A stretch of DNA of 64,000 nt from Dehalococcoidia bacterium (lineage in GTDB: Bacteria > Chloroflexota > Dehalococcoidia > UBA2979): positions 3,040,001 to 3,104,000 of the forward strand of contig OZ253555.1 in the NCBI GenBank assembly GCA_965262725.1. Reading direction: 5' to 3'. Below the pieces are notes generated by a model. It was given only the letters and a program-made list of their open reading frames with translations, did not search any database and was not told the origin of the DNA. A program made the position numbers and the translations under genes. Numbering within the stretch: the first letter of the stretch is position 1; every line of letters begins with the position of its first letter. Of this stretch, positions 20,080 to 29,482 are shown in pieces.

Positions 20080-21150
20080 GTGGATAGAGCCGCCCCGGAT
20101 GACGCGGGGCCGAGTGCGGGAGCAGCGCCGCGCGGCATCGTTGCGCTCGCCGCCGAGATGACGGGGCGGATCCCGGATCTCGCCGCGGTCAGTTTCGGCG
20201 TGTGGCTCGTCGCGTTCTTCGTCTCGGTGGTGACCGTCGGATTCGTCAGTGCGGCGATCTGGGGAACGGCGATGGACTTCCCCGTGGCCTGGGGGCGGCC
20301 GATCGGCCTCCGCGTCGACGCTTTCGTCGACTGGATGACCGACAACATGGACTGGCTCTTCGACGGATTCAGCAACGCCGTGCTGCACCTCCTCGTCTGG
20401 ATCGAAGACTTCCTCGTCTGGATGCCCTGGCCCGCCACGGTGCTGGCCGTCTGCCTGCTGTCGTGGAGGGCCTCGGGGCTCGCGCTCGCGGCCTTCTCCG
20501 GCGCCGCGCTCCTCGCCATCGGGTTCATGGGCCGGCTCCCCGACAATCCGGACAGCCTCTGGGGGGCCTCGATGGAGACGCTTGCCCTCATCATAGTCTC
20601 GGTCCTCATCTCACTGGTCATGGGAATCCCCGCCGGCATACTGGGCGCCCAGAGCCGGTGGGTGGACAACATCAGCCGGCCCCTCCTCGACGGCGCTCAG
20701 ACGATGCCGAGCTTCGTCTACCTCGTGCCCGCCCTGCTCTTCTTCGGCTTGGGTACCGTTCCCGCCGTCGTGGCCACCGTCATCTACGCGGTGCCCCCGG
20801 TCATTCGTTTGACCAACCTTGGTATCCGGCAGGTCGCGCCCGAGACCGTCGAGGCGGCCCGCTCGTTCGGAGCCACCACCATGCAGCTCCTGGTGAAGGT
20901 CCAGTTCCCTATGGCGACGCCAACGATCATGGCCGGCGTGAACCAGACGACGATGCTCGCGCTCTCGATGGTCGTGATCGCCTCCCTCGTCGGGGCCGGC
21001 GGCCTCGGCGAGACGGTGCTCCGGGCACTCGGCCGCCAGGAGCCCGGCAACGCCCTGATAGGCGGGCTCGCGATCATCATCCTCGCGATCATCACCGACC
21101 GCATCACGCAGGCCCTGGGCAAGGCGAGGGAGGCGGCATTGTCCGGATAG
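20080..21150 (+). CDS. proW: Glycine betaine/proline ABC transporter permease
   Basis: Motifs QTMPSFVYLVP, EAARSFGAT and IMAGVNQT. Confidence 0.9.
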   Translation: MDRAAPDDAGPSAGAAPRGIVALAAEMTGRIPDLAAVSFGVWLVAFFVSVVTVGFVSAAIWGTAMDFPVAWGRPIGLRVDAFVDWMTDNMDWLFDGFSNAVLHLLVWIEDFLVWMPWPATVLAVCLLSWRASGLALAAFSGAALLAIGFMGRLPDNPDSLWGASMETLALIIVSVLISLVMGIPAGILGAQSRWVDNISRPLLDGAQTMPSFVYLVPALLFFGLGTVPAVVATVIYAVPPVIRLTNLGIRQVAPETVEAARSFGATTMQLLVKVQFPMATPTIMAGVNQTTMLALSMVVIASLVGAGGLGETVLRALGRQEPGNALIGGLAIIILAIITDRITQALGKAREAALSG

Positions 21151-21309
21151 GTTAACCTTGGCCGGAGCATGCCCGTCGGCGCGTGGTCCGACGTGGAGGA
21201 CGGAGAGTCGATCACCGACGATGACATGAGATTGGAGCGACGTACGGAACTTGAAAGATCCTGCTTTGTTAGCCATCTTCGGCAACATAATCTGATTGGA
21301 GACTTGTGG

Positions 21310-22350
21310 ATGTTTAGATCACGCATGATACGCGTAATGTTTGCGCTGGTCGCGCTACTTGCCGTATCGCTTTTCGCAACGTCGTGCGGTGACGACGAGA
21401 CCACGGACGCACCAGCGGGCGATGCCGTGGCGGAGGTTGTCGACAAGCCAACGATCGTTTTCTCGGACCTGAACTGGACGAGTGCCCAAGTCCAGAACAG
21501 GATAGCGCAGTTCATCGTTGAGAACGGCTACGGGTACGAGACCGACGCCATCCTCGGCGGAACGCTGCCGAACTTCCAGGGCCTGCTCAAGGGGGACATC
21601 CACGTCACGATGGAGATCTGGCTCCCCAACCAGAACGAGCAGTGGGACCCGGCCGTGGCCAACGGCCAGGTGGTCTCGATTGGCAAGAGCCTGGGTGAGG
21701 ACTGGCAAAGCGCCTTCGTCATCCCCCGTTACGTCGCCGACCAGTACCCCGGCCTCAAGTCCGTCGAGGACTTGAAGAACGACGAGTTCAAGTCCCTCTT
21801 CGCCACCATCGACTCGGGCGGCAAGGCTCGCATCGTGGGGTGCGTGGTGGGCTGGTCCTGCGAGGTTGTGAACCTCGCCCAGTACGAGGCGTACGGTCTC
21901 GGCGATCACGTGGAGGTGGTGAGCCCGGGCTCGCAGGAGGCGCTCTTCGCGGATCTGCAGGGCCGCTACGATGACCAGGAGCCGTGGCTCGGCTACATGT
22001 GGGGCACGGCCGACCCCGCGCTGGTGCTCGACCTGGTCCGCCTGGACGAGCCTCCTTACTCCGATGAGTGCTGGTTCACCACCAAGGCGTGCGGTTACAA
22101 GGACGCGACGATCCTGATCGCCGTCCACCCAACCGTGGTCACAGACGCTCCGGACGTAGTCGAGTTCCTCCGCAACTGGGGTTTCAACATCGACGTCTAC
22201 CGGGGCGTCGCCCAGTACATCGCCGAGAACCCCGGCATCGAGGCGCAGGACGCGGCCGTCTGGTTCCTCAAGAACAACGAGGCCGTCTGGTCGACCTGGG
22301 TTCCCGCCGACATCGCCGAGAAGGTGATGGAGGCCCTGGCGGAGGCCTAG
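21310..22350 (+). CDS. proX: Glycine betaine ABC transporter substrate-binding lipoprotein
   Basis: Lipobox ATSC; motifs DLNWTSA and MEIWLPN; position in the proVW operon. Confidence 0.85.
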   Translation: MFRSRMIRVMFALVALLAVSLFATSCGDDETTDAPAGDAVAEVVDKPTIVFSDLNWTSAQVQNRIAQFIVENGYGYETDAILGGTLPNFQGLLKGDIHVTMEIWLPNQNEQWDPAVANGQVVSIGKSLGEDWQSAFVIPRYVADQYPGLKSVEDLKNDEFKSLFATIDSGGKARIVGCVVGWSCEVVNLAQYEAYGLGDHVEVVSPGSQEALFADLQGRYDDQEPWLGYMWGTADPALVLDLVRLDEPPYSDECWFTTKACGYKDATILIAVHPTVVTDAPDVVEFLRNWGFNIDVYRGVAQYIAENPGIEAQDAAVWFLKNNEAVWSTWVPADIAEKVMEALAEA

Positions 22351-23050
22351 GGTAAGGAGCCGACAGTCGGGCGCCCTATCGCGCCGGTCGCGCCAGCGAC
22401 CCGAGCGAGGCGCCCGGCACAGCACACCGCGGCGGCCGGCGATTCCGTTGGGCAGGTCCTGCCCACGGGTCGCCGGCGGTCGTGTTGGGCCGCAGCGGGG
22501 GCGGATCCCCTGCTCCCACAGGAGGCGAGGGCCGTAGGCGTGCCGCCGTGGGGGGGTGGGCGTACGCGCCCTGCGCACCTCGCCCGCGGCAGGCGTCGGG
22601 CGCCTGCATCGACGTTGAGGGCAGGCGGCCGGCGCCCGCCCCCTAGCTAGACCGCCACACGCAAATGATGCGAGGATCGCCGTCATTGCGCTCGTCCTCG
22701 GCTCACACTGTCGGTGGAGACGGGGCGCGCCCGCGCGTGCTCACGCGCGATGGCGGCTCCCGGTGAGGCGCAGGCTGACATGGTCTTCTCCGGGACCGTC
22801 GTCCGGGACGGCCGCCCGGGCACGGTCGTCTAGCGGGAGAACGAACACCATTTCGGTCCTCACCCAGTTCGACGTCACAGACTGGTGCAAGTGGTCACGG
22901 CTCGAGACGATCGTCACCGAGCAGACAGGGGCAGTCGGCCGTTCGTGCCGCCCACATCAATCCGAGTTCGGTAGATGTCGCATACGCCTATGGAGGTCAC
23001 GGGGCACCCTCCGGCAAGGCCTCCTGACCCGCCCCCGAGGCCTCCTACCA

Positions 23051-24562
23051 GGGGGGGTCCCTATCTTCTCTGTCAAGGGCCTCGAGGTTGTGAGTCGAGG
23101 TGGCCGGAGGCCATCAGGCAGCTGCCGCGTTGTGGCGAGATTGCGTGGCTCGGTAGGGCTGGCGCAAGCGAAGCATGGCCAAGATGACGTCGCAGCGCCG
23201 GCGCGCGAGGCAGATGACGGCGGCGTTGTGTTTCTTCCCCTCGGCCCGCTTCCGGTCGTAGAAGGCCCTCGATGCGGGATCGCGCAGCGAGGCGAAGGTC
23301 GCCAGGAACATCGCGTTCTTGAGGCGGTGGTTCCCGCGCCGGCTGCGCGCTTCGCCGCGGAGACTCGACCCGGACTGGCGGGTCACCGGAGCGAGGCCGG
23401 CGTAGCTCGAGAGCCTCGATCCGTTCGCGAACCGGGCGCCGTCGCCGATCTCAGCGAGGATCCTCGACCCGGCCCGGGGGCCGATGCCCGGGAGCGTGCC
23501 GAGGATGCGTCCGAAAGGGTGTGCCTCGAAGAGCTCCTCGATGTCGGCCGCGAGCCGCTTCCGTCGCTCCAGCGTGCGGTCGAGTTCGACAACGACCTCG
23601 GAGATCACGCGCCCCATCACGGCCTCGACCGGCACGACGACGCTCTGAGCTCCGAGCGCCTGCGTCACGGCGACGGTGAGGGCCTTCGCCAGCCGCGGCG
23701 AGCGCTTCCGGATCGTGCTCTCGATGCGGCCGCGGCCGGCCTTCGCCAGTGCCTGGGGAGCCGGGTAGCGTGCCAGGAGATCCCGGACGCCCGGATGGTG
23801 CAGCCTCGGGCCCAGAACGCGTTCCAGCGCCGGGGAGATGCCCGTGAGCGCGTCCCGGAGCCGGTTCGACAGCCGTGTGGCGTCCGTGGCGAGGTCGGCG
23901 TCGTAGCCGTTCAGGACGCGGAGCTGCGCGAGCAGCTCGTCGTTGCCGGCGTCGAGCCAGTGCACCTGGTGGCGCCGGATGCGGCCGGTGTCGGCGAGGA
24001 CGAAGGCGTCGCGACGGTCGGTCTTGGCCTCGCCCGGGTAGAGGTCGGCGGCGCGGCGCATTATCAGGCCGGGCACCTACGCCACCGGCACACCGAGGCG
24101 CGCAGCGACGGCGAGCACGAGGCTGGCGAGCGAGCCGGGCTGGTCGACGACCAGGGCAGGGGCACCCAGGGCCTGGGCACGGCCGAGGAGCGTCTCGATG
24201 TCGGCCTCGTCGTTGGCCACGGCGCCGGCGAACAGCGACTCGCCCGCGGCGTCCAGCGCGTCAGCGAAATGTTCTGCCTTGCCGATGTCGAGGCCGATCC
24301 ACACGTCGATGTCATCGGGCGTTCCCACTGCGGCTCCTCTCGGGTGCTTCGTCCACTCGTCCGGAAGGCCGCAGGTGCGCGCGCCGTCATCCACCTTACG
24401 AATCAGCGATCAGCTCGCATGTCCCTATCAGAGGTTCACGCACCGAGCAGTGCCGGTGGCAACACCCCCCAGGCCGTCAAGCGACAAGGGGCACTGAGCC
24501 ATGCCGGCACTGCCGGACTCCCGGCCCGGGAAGCTACCCAGGCCGCAGAAAGAAGGTAAGGG
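23051..24562 (-). mobile_element. IS110 family insertion sequence (ends approximate)
   Basis: IS110 recombinase gene and a ~230-nt upstream non-coding region. The left end begins CCTTACCTT. The right end carries CTTGAC...ATAGGGACCCC. No terminal inverted repeats. Confidence 0.8.
23114..24328 (-). pseudogene. IS110 transposase/recombinase with an in-frame TAG at 24079-24077
   Basis: WIGLDIGK, VVDQPG, KTDRRDA and RQSGSS are all in one frame. VA*VPG occurs where homologues typically read VAY(L/V)PG. Confidence 0.85.
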
Positions 24563-25023
24563 GGTCGTAGGCCCCCGTACCCGGACGCGACCACTCAAGC
24601 GAGAGCGCAGGACGACCTCGATGCGCTGCCTGAGCCGAAGCACGACCTGCCCGTGCCCGGCTGGTTGATCGGTTCGCTCGCAGCGGGCAGCTCCGCGTTG
24701 GCCGCAGCAGGACTGGTGGCCATCCGCCGCCGGCACTACTGGAGCACGAGTCCCTGATGCGGCCGGCTCCGGCGGCTATTGCACTGGCGCCCCCGCGGCC
24801 CGGCCGGTGTCGCTCGCAGCCGATGGGGCGCCGTCAATGCTGCCGCTCGCCGTCGCGCTTCTCGAGGGCGTCTTCTTGGGCCACTCCGCGGGGCGAGCTG
24901 GCAGCGGCCACAGGCCGCTCGCTGCCGCCCGTGTGGGGCCCAGGTCGCCGCTATGCGGGGATTCCGCCACGGCCCCCCCGGGCGACTTCGCCCCGGGCGC
25001 CGCGATGCGGAACTCACGTGAAG

Positions 25024-25057
25024 CGAGGGGGGAGCGCCCGCGGGCGCTCCCCCCTCG
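25024..25057. repeat. Perfect 34-bp palindrome (terminator/REP-like)
   Basis: CGAGGGGGGAGCGCCCG|CGGGCGCTCCCCCCTCG, just downstream of the AapJ-like gene. Confidence 0.7.
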
Positions 25058-25094
25058 TATCGGTCGGTGCGTGCGCACCGTACTCCGCTAGAGG

Positions 25095-26192
25095 CTAGCG
25101 GTACGGCATCGCGTAGAGGATGCCCCCGCTACCGGGCGGGCACCCACTCTTGTCCTCGGTGTAGAGGGCGTTCAGCGTGCACGCGCGATCGATCCCCACC
25201 GGCACGATCGTGCGGTCGTAGATCTCGCCGTAGTTCCCCACCGCCGCGAGCGCCCGCTGCAGGAACTGCGGGTCCACCGCGAAGCCCAGGTCCGCAACCT
25301 CACCGCCGCCAAACGAGACGCCCAGCAGACGCGCCACTGCCGTGCTCGGCGGGTTCGCCGCCTGCTGCGCCACGTTGCCCGACGTCACCCCGAGCTCCTC
25401 GGCGAAGATCAGGCCGTACACGACCCAGTTCACCACGTCCTTCCACTCGCTGTCGTAGTCGCGCACGCCCGGCGCGAGTGGCTCCTTCGAAATGATCTGG
25501 CCCAGCACCCGGTACGCCGACGGGTCGTCGAACGCCGAGATCCGCGATGCCAGGTTGCTCTGGTCCGCCGTCCACACGTCGCAGCGACCCGCCACGAATG
25601 CGTCCTGCGTCTCCGCGTCCTCACCGCCGAGAGGCGTGTAATCAAGACCCAGCTCCGCGAAGTGGTCAGACAGGTTCTGCTCCGTCGTCGTCCCCGACTG
25701 CACGCAGATCGTCGCCCCGCCCATGTCCAACGTGGACTGGATGTCGGAGTCCCCCTGCACCGCGAAGCCCTGGCCCGTGAAGAACGTCGTCTGCGCGAAG
25801 TCCACCGCGCGAGACGCATCGCGCTCTGCCGTCACCGTCGTGGTGCGGATGAGCACGTCGATCTCCTCCGACGCCAGAAGCTCGAAGCGCGTCGCCGCGT
25901 TCGAGGCGTCCACGAAGTTGACCTTGCTCGCGTCGCCCAGAACCGCCGCCGCCAGCGCCTTGCAGAACTCGACGTCGAACCCGACCACGCTGCCGTCCGG
26001 CTTCTTGAAGCCGAAGCCCGGCTGCGTCTGCTTCACGCCGCAGTTCAGCTCGTCGCGGTCCTCGATGGTCTGCACCGTGTTCCCGCGCTCGCTCGCCCCT
26101 TCACCGCCGTCGTCGTCCCCGCCGCACGAGACGGCGACGAGCGACACCACCGCCACCAGCACGGCAGCGGCCACACCAAGACGTATCCTCAT
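25095..26192 (-). CDS. General L-amino acid ABC transporter substrate-binding protein (AapJ/BztA-like)
   Basis: Motifs GFDVEFCKALAAA, ICVQSGTTTE, ISKEPLAP and VGNYGEIY; lipobox. Confidence 0.85.
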   Translation of the reverse strand: MRIRLGVAAAVLVAVVSLVAVSCGGDDDGGEGASERGNTVQTIEDRDELNCGVKQTQPGFGFKKPDGSVVGFDVEFCKALAAAVLGDASKVNFVDASNAATRFELLASEEIDVLIRTTTVTAERDASRAVDFAQTTFFTGQGFAVQGDSDIQSTLDMGGATICVQSGTTTEQNLSDHFAELGLDYTPLGGEDAETQDAFVAGRCDVWTADQSNLASRISAFDDPSAYRVLGQIISKEPLAPGVRDYDSEWKDVVNWVVYGLIFAEELGVTSGNVAQQAANPPSTAVARLLGVSFGGGEVADLGFAVDPQFLQRALAAVGNYGEIYDRTIVPVGIDRACTLNALYTEDKSGCPPGSGGILYAMPYR

Positions 26193-26337
26193 ATTCGCTC
26201 CCCCACCTCATCGCCCCCGCACGCTGCAGGGATCGACATCCACCAGGCCCAGAAAGACTACCCGCACACGGCGGCCGCGGCTACTACACCACGCCCTTCG
26301 CGCGGCCACGGGACAGTGGACCGGGACTGCCCGCGCC

Positions 26338-27609
26338 TCAGAGCGGGCGATCCGCGGCCCCGAGCACCGCTCCGAGGGTGCCAGAACTCTGGGGCAGCGG
26401 CGTCTCGCGTGCCCCCGCGGGCGGGCGCGCCTGCCAGATGATGGCGGCGCCCAGCACGAAGAGCGCCGCCACCGTGGCGAAGGCCGGCAGGTAGGAGCCG
26501 GTCGCGTCAAAGGAGATGCCGACCAGCGGCGGGCCGACGAGGTGAGCACCGAGCGTGAAGAAGTTGACGAGGCCGAAGATCGTCCCGAAGGCCCTCAGGC
26601 CGAACGTGTCCTGCACGAGCAGCGGCATGAGCGCGCCGAGCGCGCCGAAACCGAGCCCGAAGATCGGTGCGAATGCCCAGAACACACGTGAGGAGCCGGC
26701 CACGACCAGGATCGCGATGCCCGCCACCTGGCAGGCCAGGCTCAGCCCCACCACGTAGCGGGACGGCGCCCGCTCCGTCAGCCAACCGAAGCTCACCTTC
26801 CCGATGGCGCCGAAGAGTGCGAGCAGCGAGAGTGCGGCCGCCGCCTCACCGCGGCCGACCCCGACGTCCTCCAGGTGCGGCACGACCTGCGTGAGCACCG
26901 AAAGATAGGTGAGCTGCGCGAGGAAGAGCCCGAGCACGATGAGGTAGAAGGCGCGGGTCCTGAGCGCCTGGTGCGTGGTCAGTCCGCGGAGCAGGGCGTG
27001 CGGCGAGCGCTCGGCGGCAGGGCGATCGCCTGCGGCCTCCGGTGGTGCCTCCCGGATCACGAGCAGCGCGACCGGGACCAGCGCCAGGAAGAGCAGACCG
27101 AAGAGGAAGTAGCTCGCGCGCCACCCGATCGAGACGATCAGAGCCGCCGACAGCGAGGAGAAGAAGATGCCACCGACGTTCGCCCCCATCGCCGTCATCC
27201 CCATCGCGCGGCCGCGCGCGCCGGCGAACCAGATGGCGACGAGCCGCCCTACCGGGATCATCACGACGCCCGGAAGCCCGGCGAACTGCAGAAGGGAGAG
27301 CGCGTAGAGGTGCCAGACCTCGCTCATCCACGGCCGCAGGAGCTGGCTCACACCGAGCGCCACAAGCGAGGCCGCGATGACCGGCCGCGTGCCCCAGCGA
27401 TCGACCGCCCACCCGACCACCGGGGCGGCGAGACCGGCGATCGCGAAGGTCGAGAGCGAGCCGTTGATCGCGGTGCGGCTCCAGCCGAGGTCCGCCTCGA
27501 GCTCCGTCACGAAGACGCCGAAGGCGTACTGAGTGACGCCGATCGTGAGCACGAAGCCCCAGAAGAGTACCGCGCCAATCGCCCACCCGTAGTGGAGCCT
27601 CGCCTGCAT
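26338..27609 (-). CDS. MFS transporter
   Basis: About 12 TM helices; motif A-like GWAVDRWGTR; WF..RGRAMG. Confidence 0.85.
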   Translation of the reverse strand: MQARLHYGWAIGAVLFWGFVLTIGVTQYAFGVFVTELEADLGWSRTAINGSLSTFAIAGLAAPVVGWAVDRWGTRPVIAASLVALGVSQLLRPWMSEVWHLYALSLLQFAGLPGVVMIPVGRLVAIWFAGARGRAMGMTAMGANVGGIFFSSLSAALIVSIGWRASYFLFGLLFLALVPVALLVIREAPPEAAGDRPAAERSPHALLRGLTTHQALRTRAFYLIVLGLFLAQLTYLSVLTQVVPHLEDVGVGRGEAAAALSLLALFGAIGKVSFGWLTERAPSRYVVGLSLACQVAGIAILVVAGSSRVFWAFAPIFGLGFGALGALMPLLVQDTFGLRAFGTIFGLVNFFTLGAHLVGPPLVGISFDATGSYLPAFATVAALFVLGAAIIWQARPPAGARETPLPQSSGTLGAVLGAADRPL

Positions 27610-27810
27610 CCGAGCGGCCGTCCTCGTTCCTCTGCTCGGCCTCACTCGAATCCGGCCGTGGGTCGCGCAGCGTACCCATCGCGTCTCGCGCGCTGGGGCC
27701 AGTCTCTCGCCCCGCGGCGGGAGGGCGGCCCGGCGGGAGTCCGCCCGCGATCCGGGGAGGCACAGGCCTCCACACCCTACGGTACCGCCGGAGAAGGGCA
27801 GGCACACCGC

Positions 27811-29136
27811 ATGAGACGCGCCCTTCTCCTGGCGGCGGCTGTGTTCGGGACGCTCGCCGGTGGCTGTGGCAACGGCGGGACGGTCGAGCGGCCCGCGGTC
27901 GCGACGCCGGAGACGGCCCCGGCCGTCTCACCGACCGCGAACCACACAGCCGGACCGGCGGCCACCCTGACGGCCGAGAGCCCCGCGAGCGCCACTCCGA
28001 CCGCGAGCTCACCGGCCGCCTCGCCGACGGCGGACCCGACCGCCAGCCTGACGCCGGACACCGCACAGGGCGCGGCACGGACGCCGGCGTCCGTGGCCTT
28101 CGTCGAGGCGCTCTCGGGACGGCGCTTCGACCGGCCCACCGATGCGACGGCCTACCCGGACGGACGCGTGCTCATCGCCGAGCAGTCGGGCCTCGCGCTT
28201 CTGCTCGACCCGACCAGCGGCGAGGGGCAGGTCTTCTTCGACCTCACCCGGCAGGTCAGCCGGGGGGGCAACGAGGAGGGGCTGCTCGCGCTCGCCCTCG
28301 ACCCCGGCTTCGACGCCACCGGCCGGATCTACGCCTACTACTCCGTGAGGGGCGGGGAGCGCCGCACGCGGCTCTCCCGCTTCACCGCGGCCGACGGCGT
28401 CGCCGAGCCGGGGAGCGAACTCGTGATTCTCGAGGTCGCGCAGCCCTTCTCCAACCACAACGGTGGCGCCGTCCGCTTCGGCCCCGACGGCATGCTCTAT
28501 CTCGGGCTGGGCGACGGGGGCTCCGCCGGGGATCCCGCCGGTAACGCCCAGGACCTCGGCACGCTTCTCGGCTCGATCCTCCGGATCGACGTGCGCGCGG
28601 CGAGCGCGACGGAGAGGTACCGCGTCCCCGACGACAACCCCTTCGTCGGCGTCCTGGGCGCGCGTCCGGAGATCTGGGCGTACGGTCTCCGCAACCCGTG
28701 GCGGATGGCCTTCGACCCCCAAGGCGGGGAGCTCTGGGTCGGTGACGTGGGACAGAACCGGATCGAGGAGGTCGACCTGGTGGTGCGCGGCGGCAACTAC
28801 GGTTGGAACCGCCTCGAGGGGGACGACTGCTACCAGCCCCCCTCCGGCTGCGACCGGGAGGGCACGGAGCCGCCCGTCGCCGCCTACGACCACCGGGAGG
28901 GCTGCTCGATCACTGGCGGCGTCGTCTACCGCGGCCGGGCGGTGCCGGAGCTGGATGGGGCGTATCTGTTTGGTGACTTCTGCAGCGGGCGCGTCTGGGC
29001 GATGGACGCCTCGGGCGGGGCTCCTGCCGTCCCCGTCGCCGACACCGGCGCCTCTATCGCCTCCTTCGCGCAGATCGGGGAGGAGCTCTGGGTTCTGCGC
29101 TTCGGCGGCCCCGTGCTGCGGGCGGTGAGCCGGTGA
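27811..29136 (+). CDS. PQQ-dependent sugar dehydrogenase (GSDH/YliI-like) lipoprotein
   Basis: Motifs NHNGG, FGPDGMLYLGLGDGG, YGLRNPWR and GGNYGW; lipobox AGGC. Confidence 0.9.
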   Translation: MRRALLLAAAVFGTLAGGCGNGGTVERPAVATPETAPAVSPTANHTAGPAATLTAESPASATPTASSPAASPTADPTASLTPDTAQGAARTPASVAFVEALSGRRFDRPTDATAYPDGRVLIAEQSGLALLLDPTSGEGQVFFDLTRQVSRGGNEEGLLALALDPGFDATGRIYAYYSVRGGERRTRLSRFTAADGVAEPGSELVILEVAQPFSNHNGGAVRFGPDGMLYLGLGDGGSAGDPAGNAQDLGTLLGSILRIDVRAASATERYRVPDDNPFVGVLGARPEIWAYGLRNPWRMAFDPQGGELWVGDVGQNRIEEVDLVVRGGNYGWNRLEGDDCYQPPSGCDREGTEPPVAAYDHREGCSITGGVVYRGRAVPELDGAYLFGDFCSGRVWAMDASGGAPAVPVADTGASIASFAQIGEELWVLRFGGPVLRAVSR

Positions 29137-29318
29137 GCGCGCCGACCCTCGGCCTGGTCGCGCTCTTCCTCCTCTACCTGGCGCTCGTGAGCCGGCAGAT
29201 GCGACGGGCGCTCGCGACGGCCGAGCCACGCGCGCGCCTCGTCGCGGCTAGGCGGCTGCTGCTGCTGGTCACGCTGGGCGTGCCGCTCGCCGTCGCCTTC
29301 ATCCTGCTCGCCGGATAG
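29133..29318 (+). CDS. Small two-helix membrane protein
   Basis: 61 aa with two hydrophobic stretches; GTGA overlap with the upstream gene. Confidence 0.55.
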   Translation: MSAPTLGLVALFLLYLALVSRQMRRALATAEPRARLVAARRLLLLVTLGVPLAVAFILLAG

Positions 29319-29482
29319 GGGCCGGGAGCAGGGCGCCCCGCCCGCCTCGCCTCCTGTGCGCGTTGACGCTCTCGCGCGGCCGCCGGGATACTGGCTCAGC
29401 ACCCACAAGCCGCACGCGCCGACATCGTCCCCGGGCGGCGCCCGGGGCGCGGTGCGCGCGGGGACGGCGTCGAGGAGGGCCC

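Noticed and set aside
24077-24079. Pyrrolysine or amber recoding
   Set aside because: TAG is used as a normal stop throughout the window and no pyl genes are seen.
22763-24559. 598-aa plus-strand ORF
   Set aside because: Antisense shadow of the IS110 recombinase in high-GC DNA.
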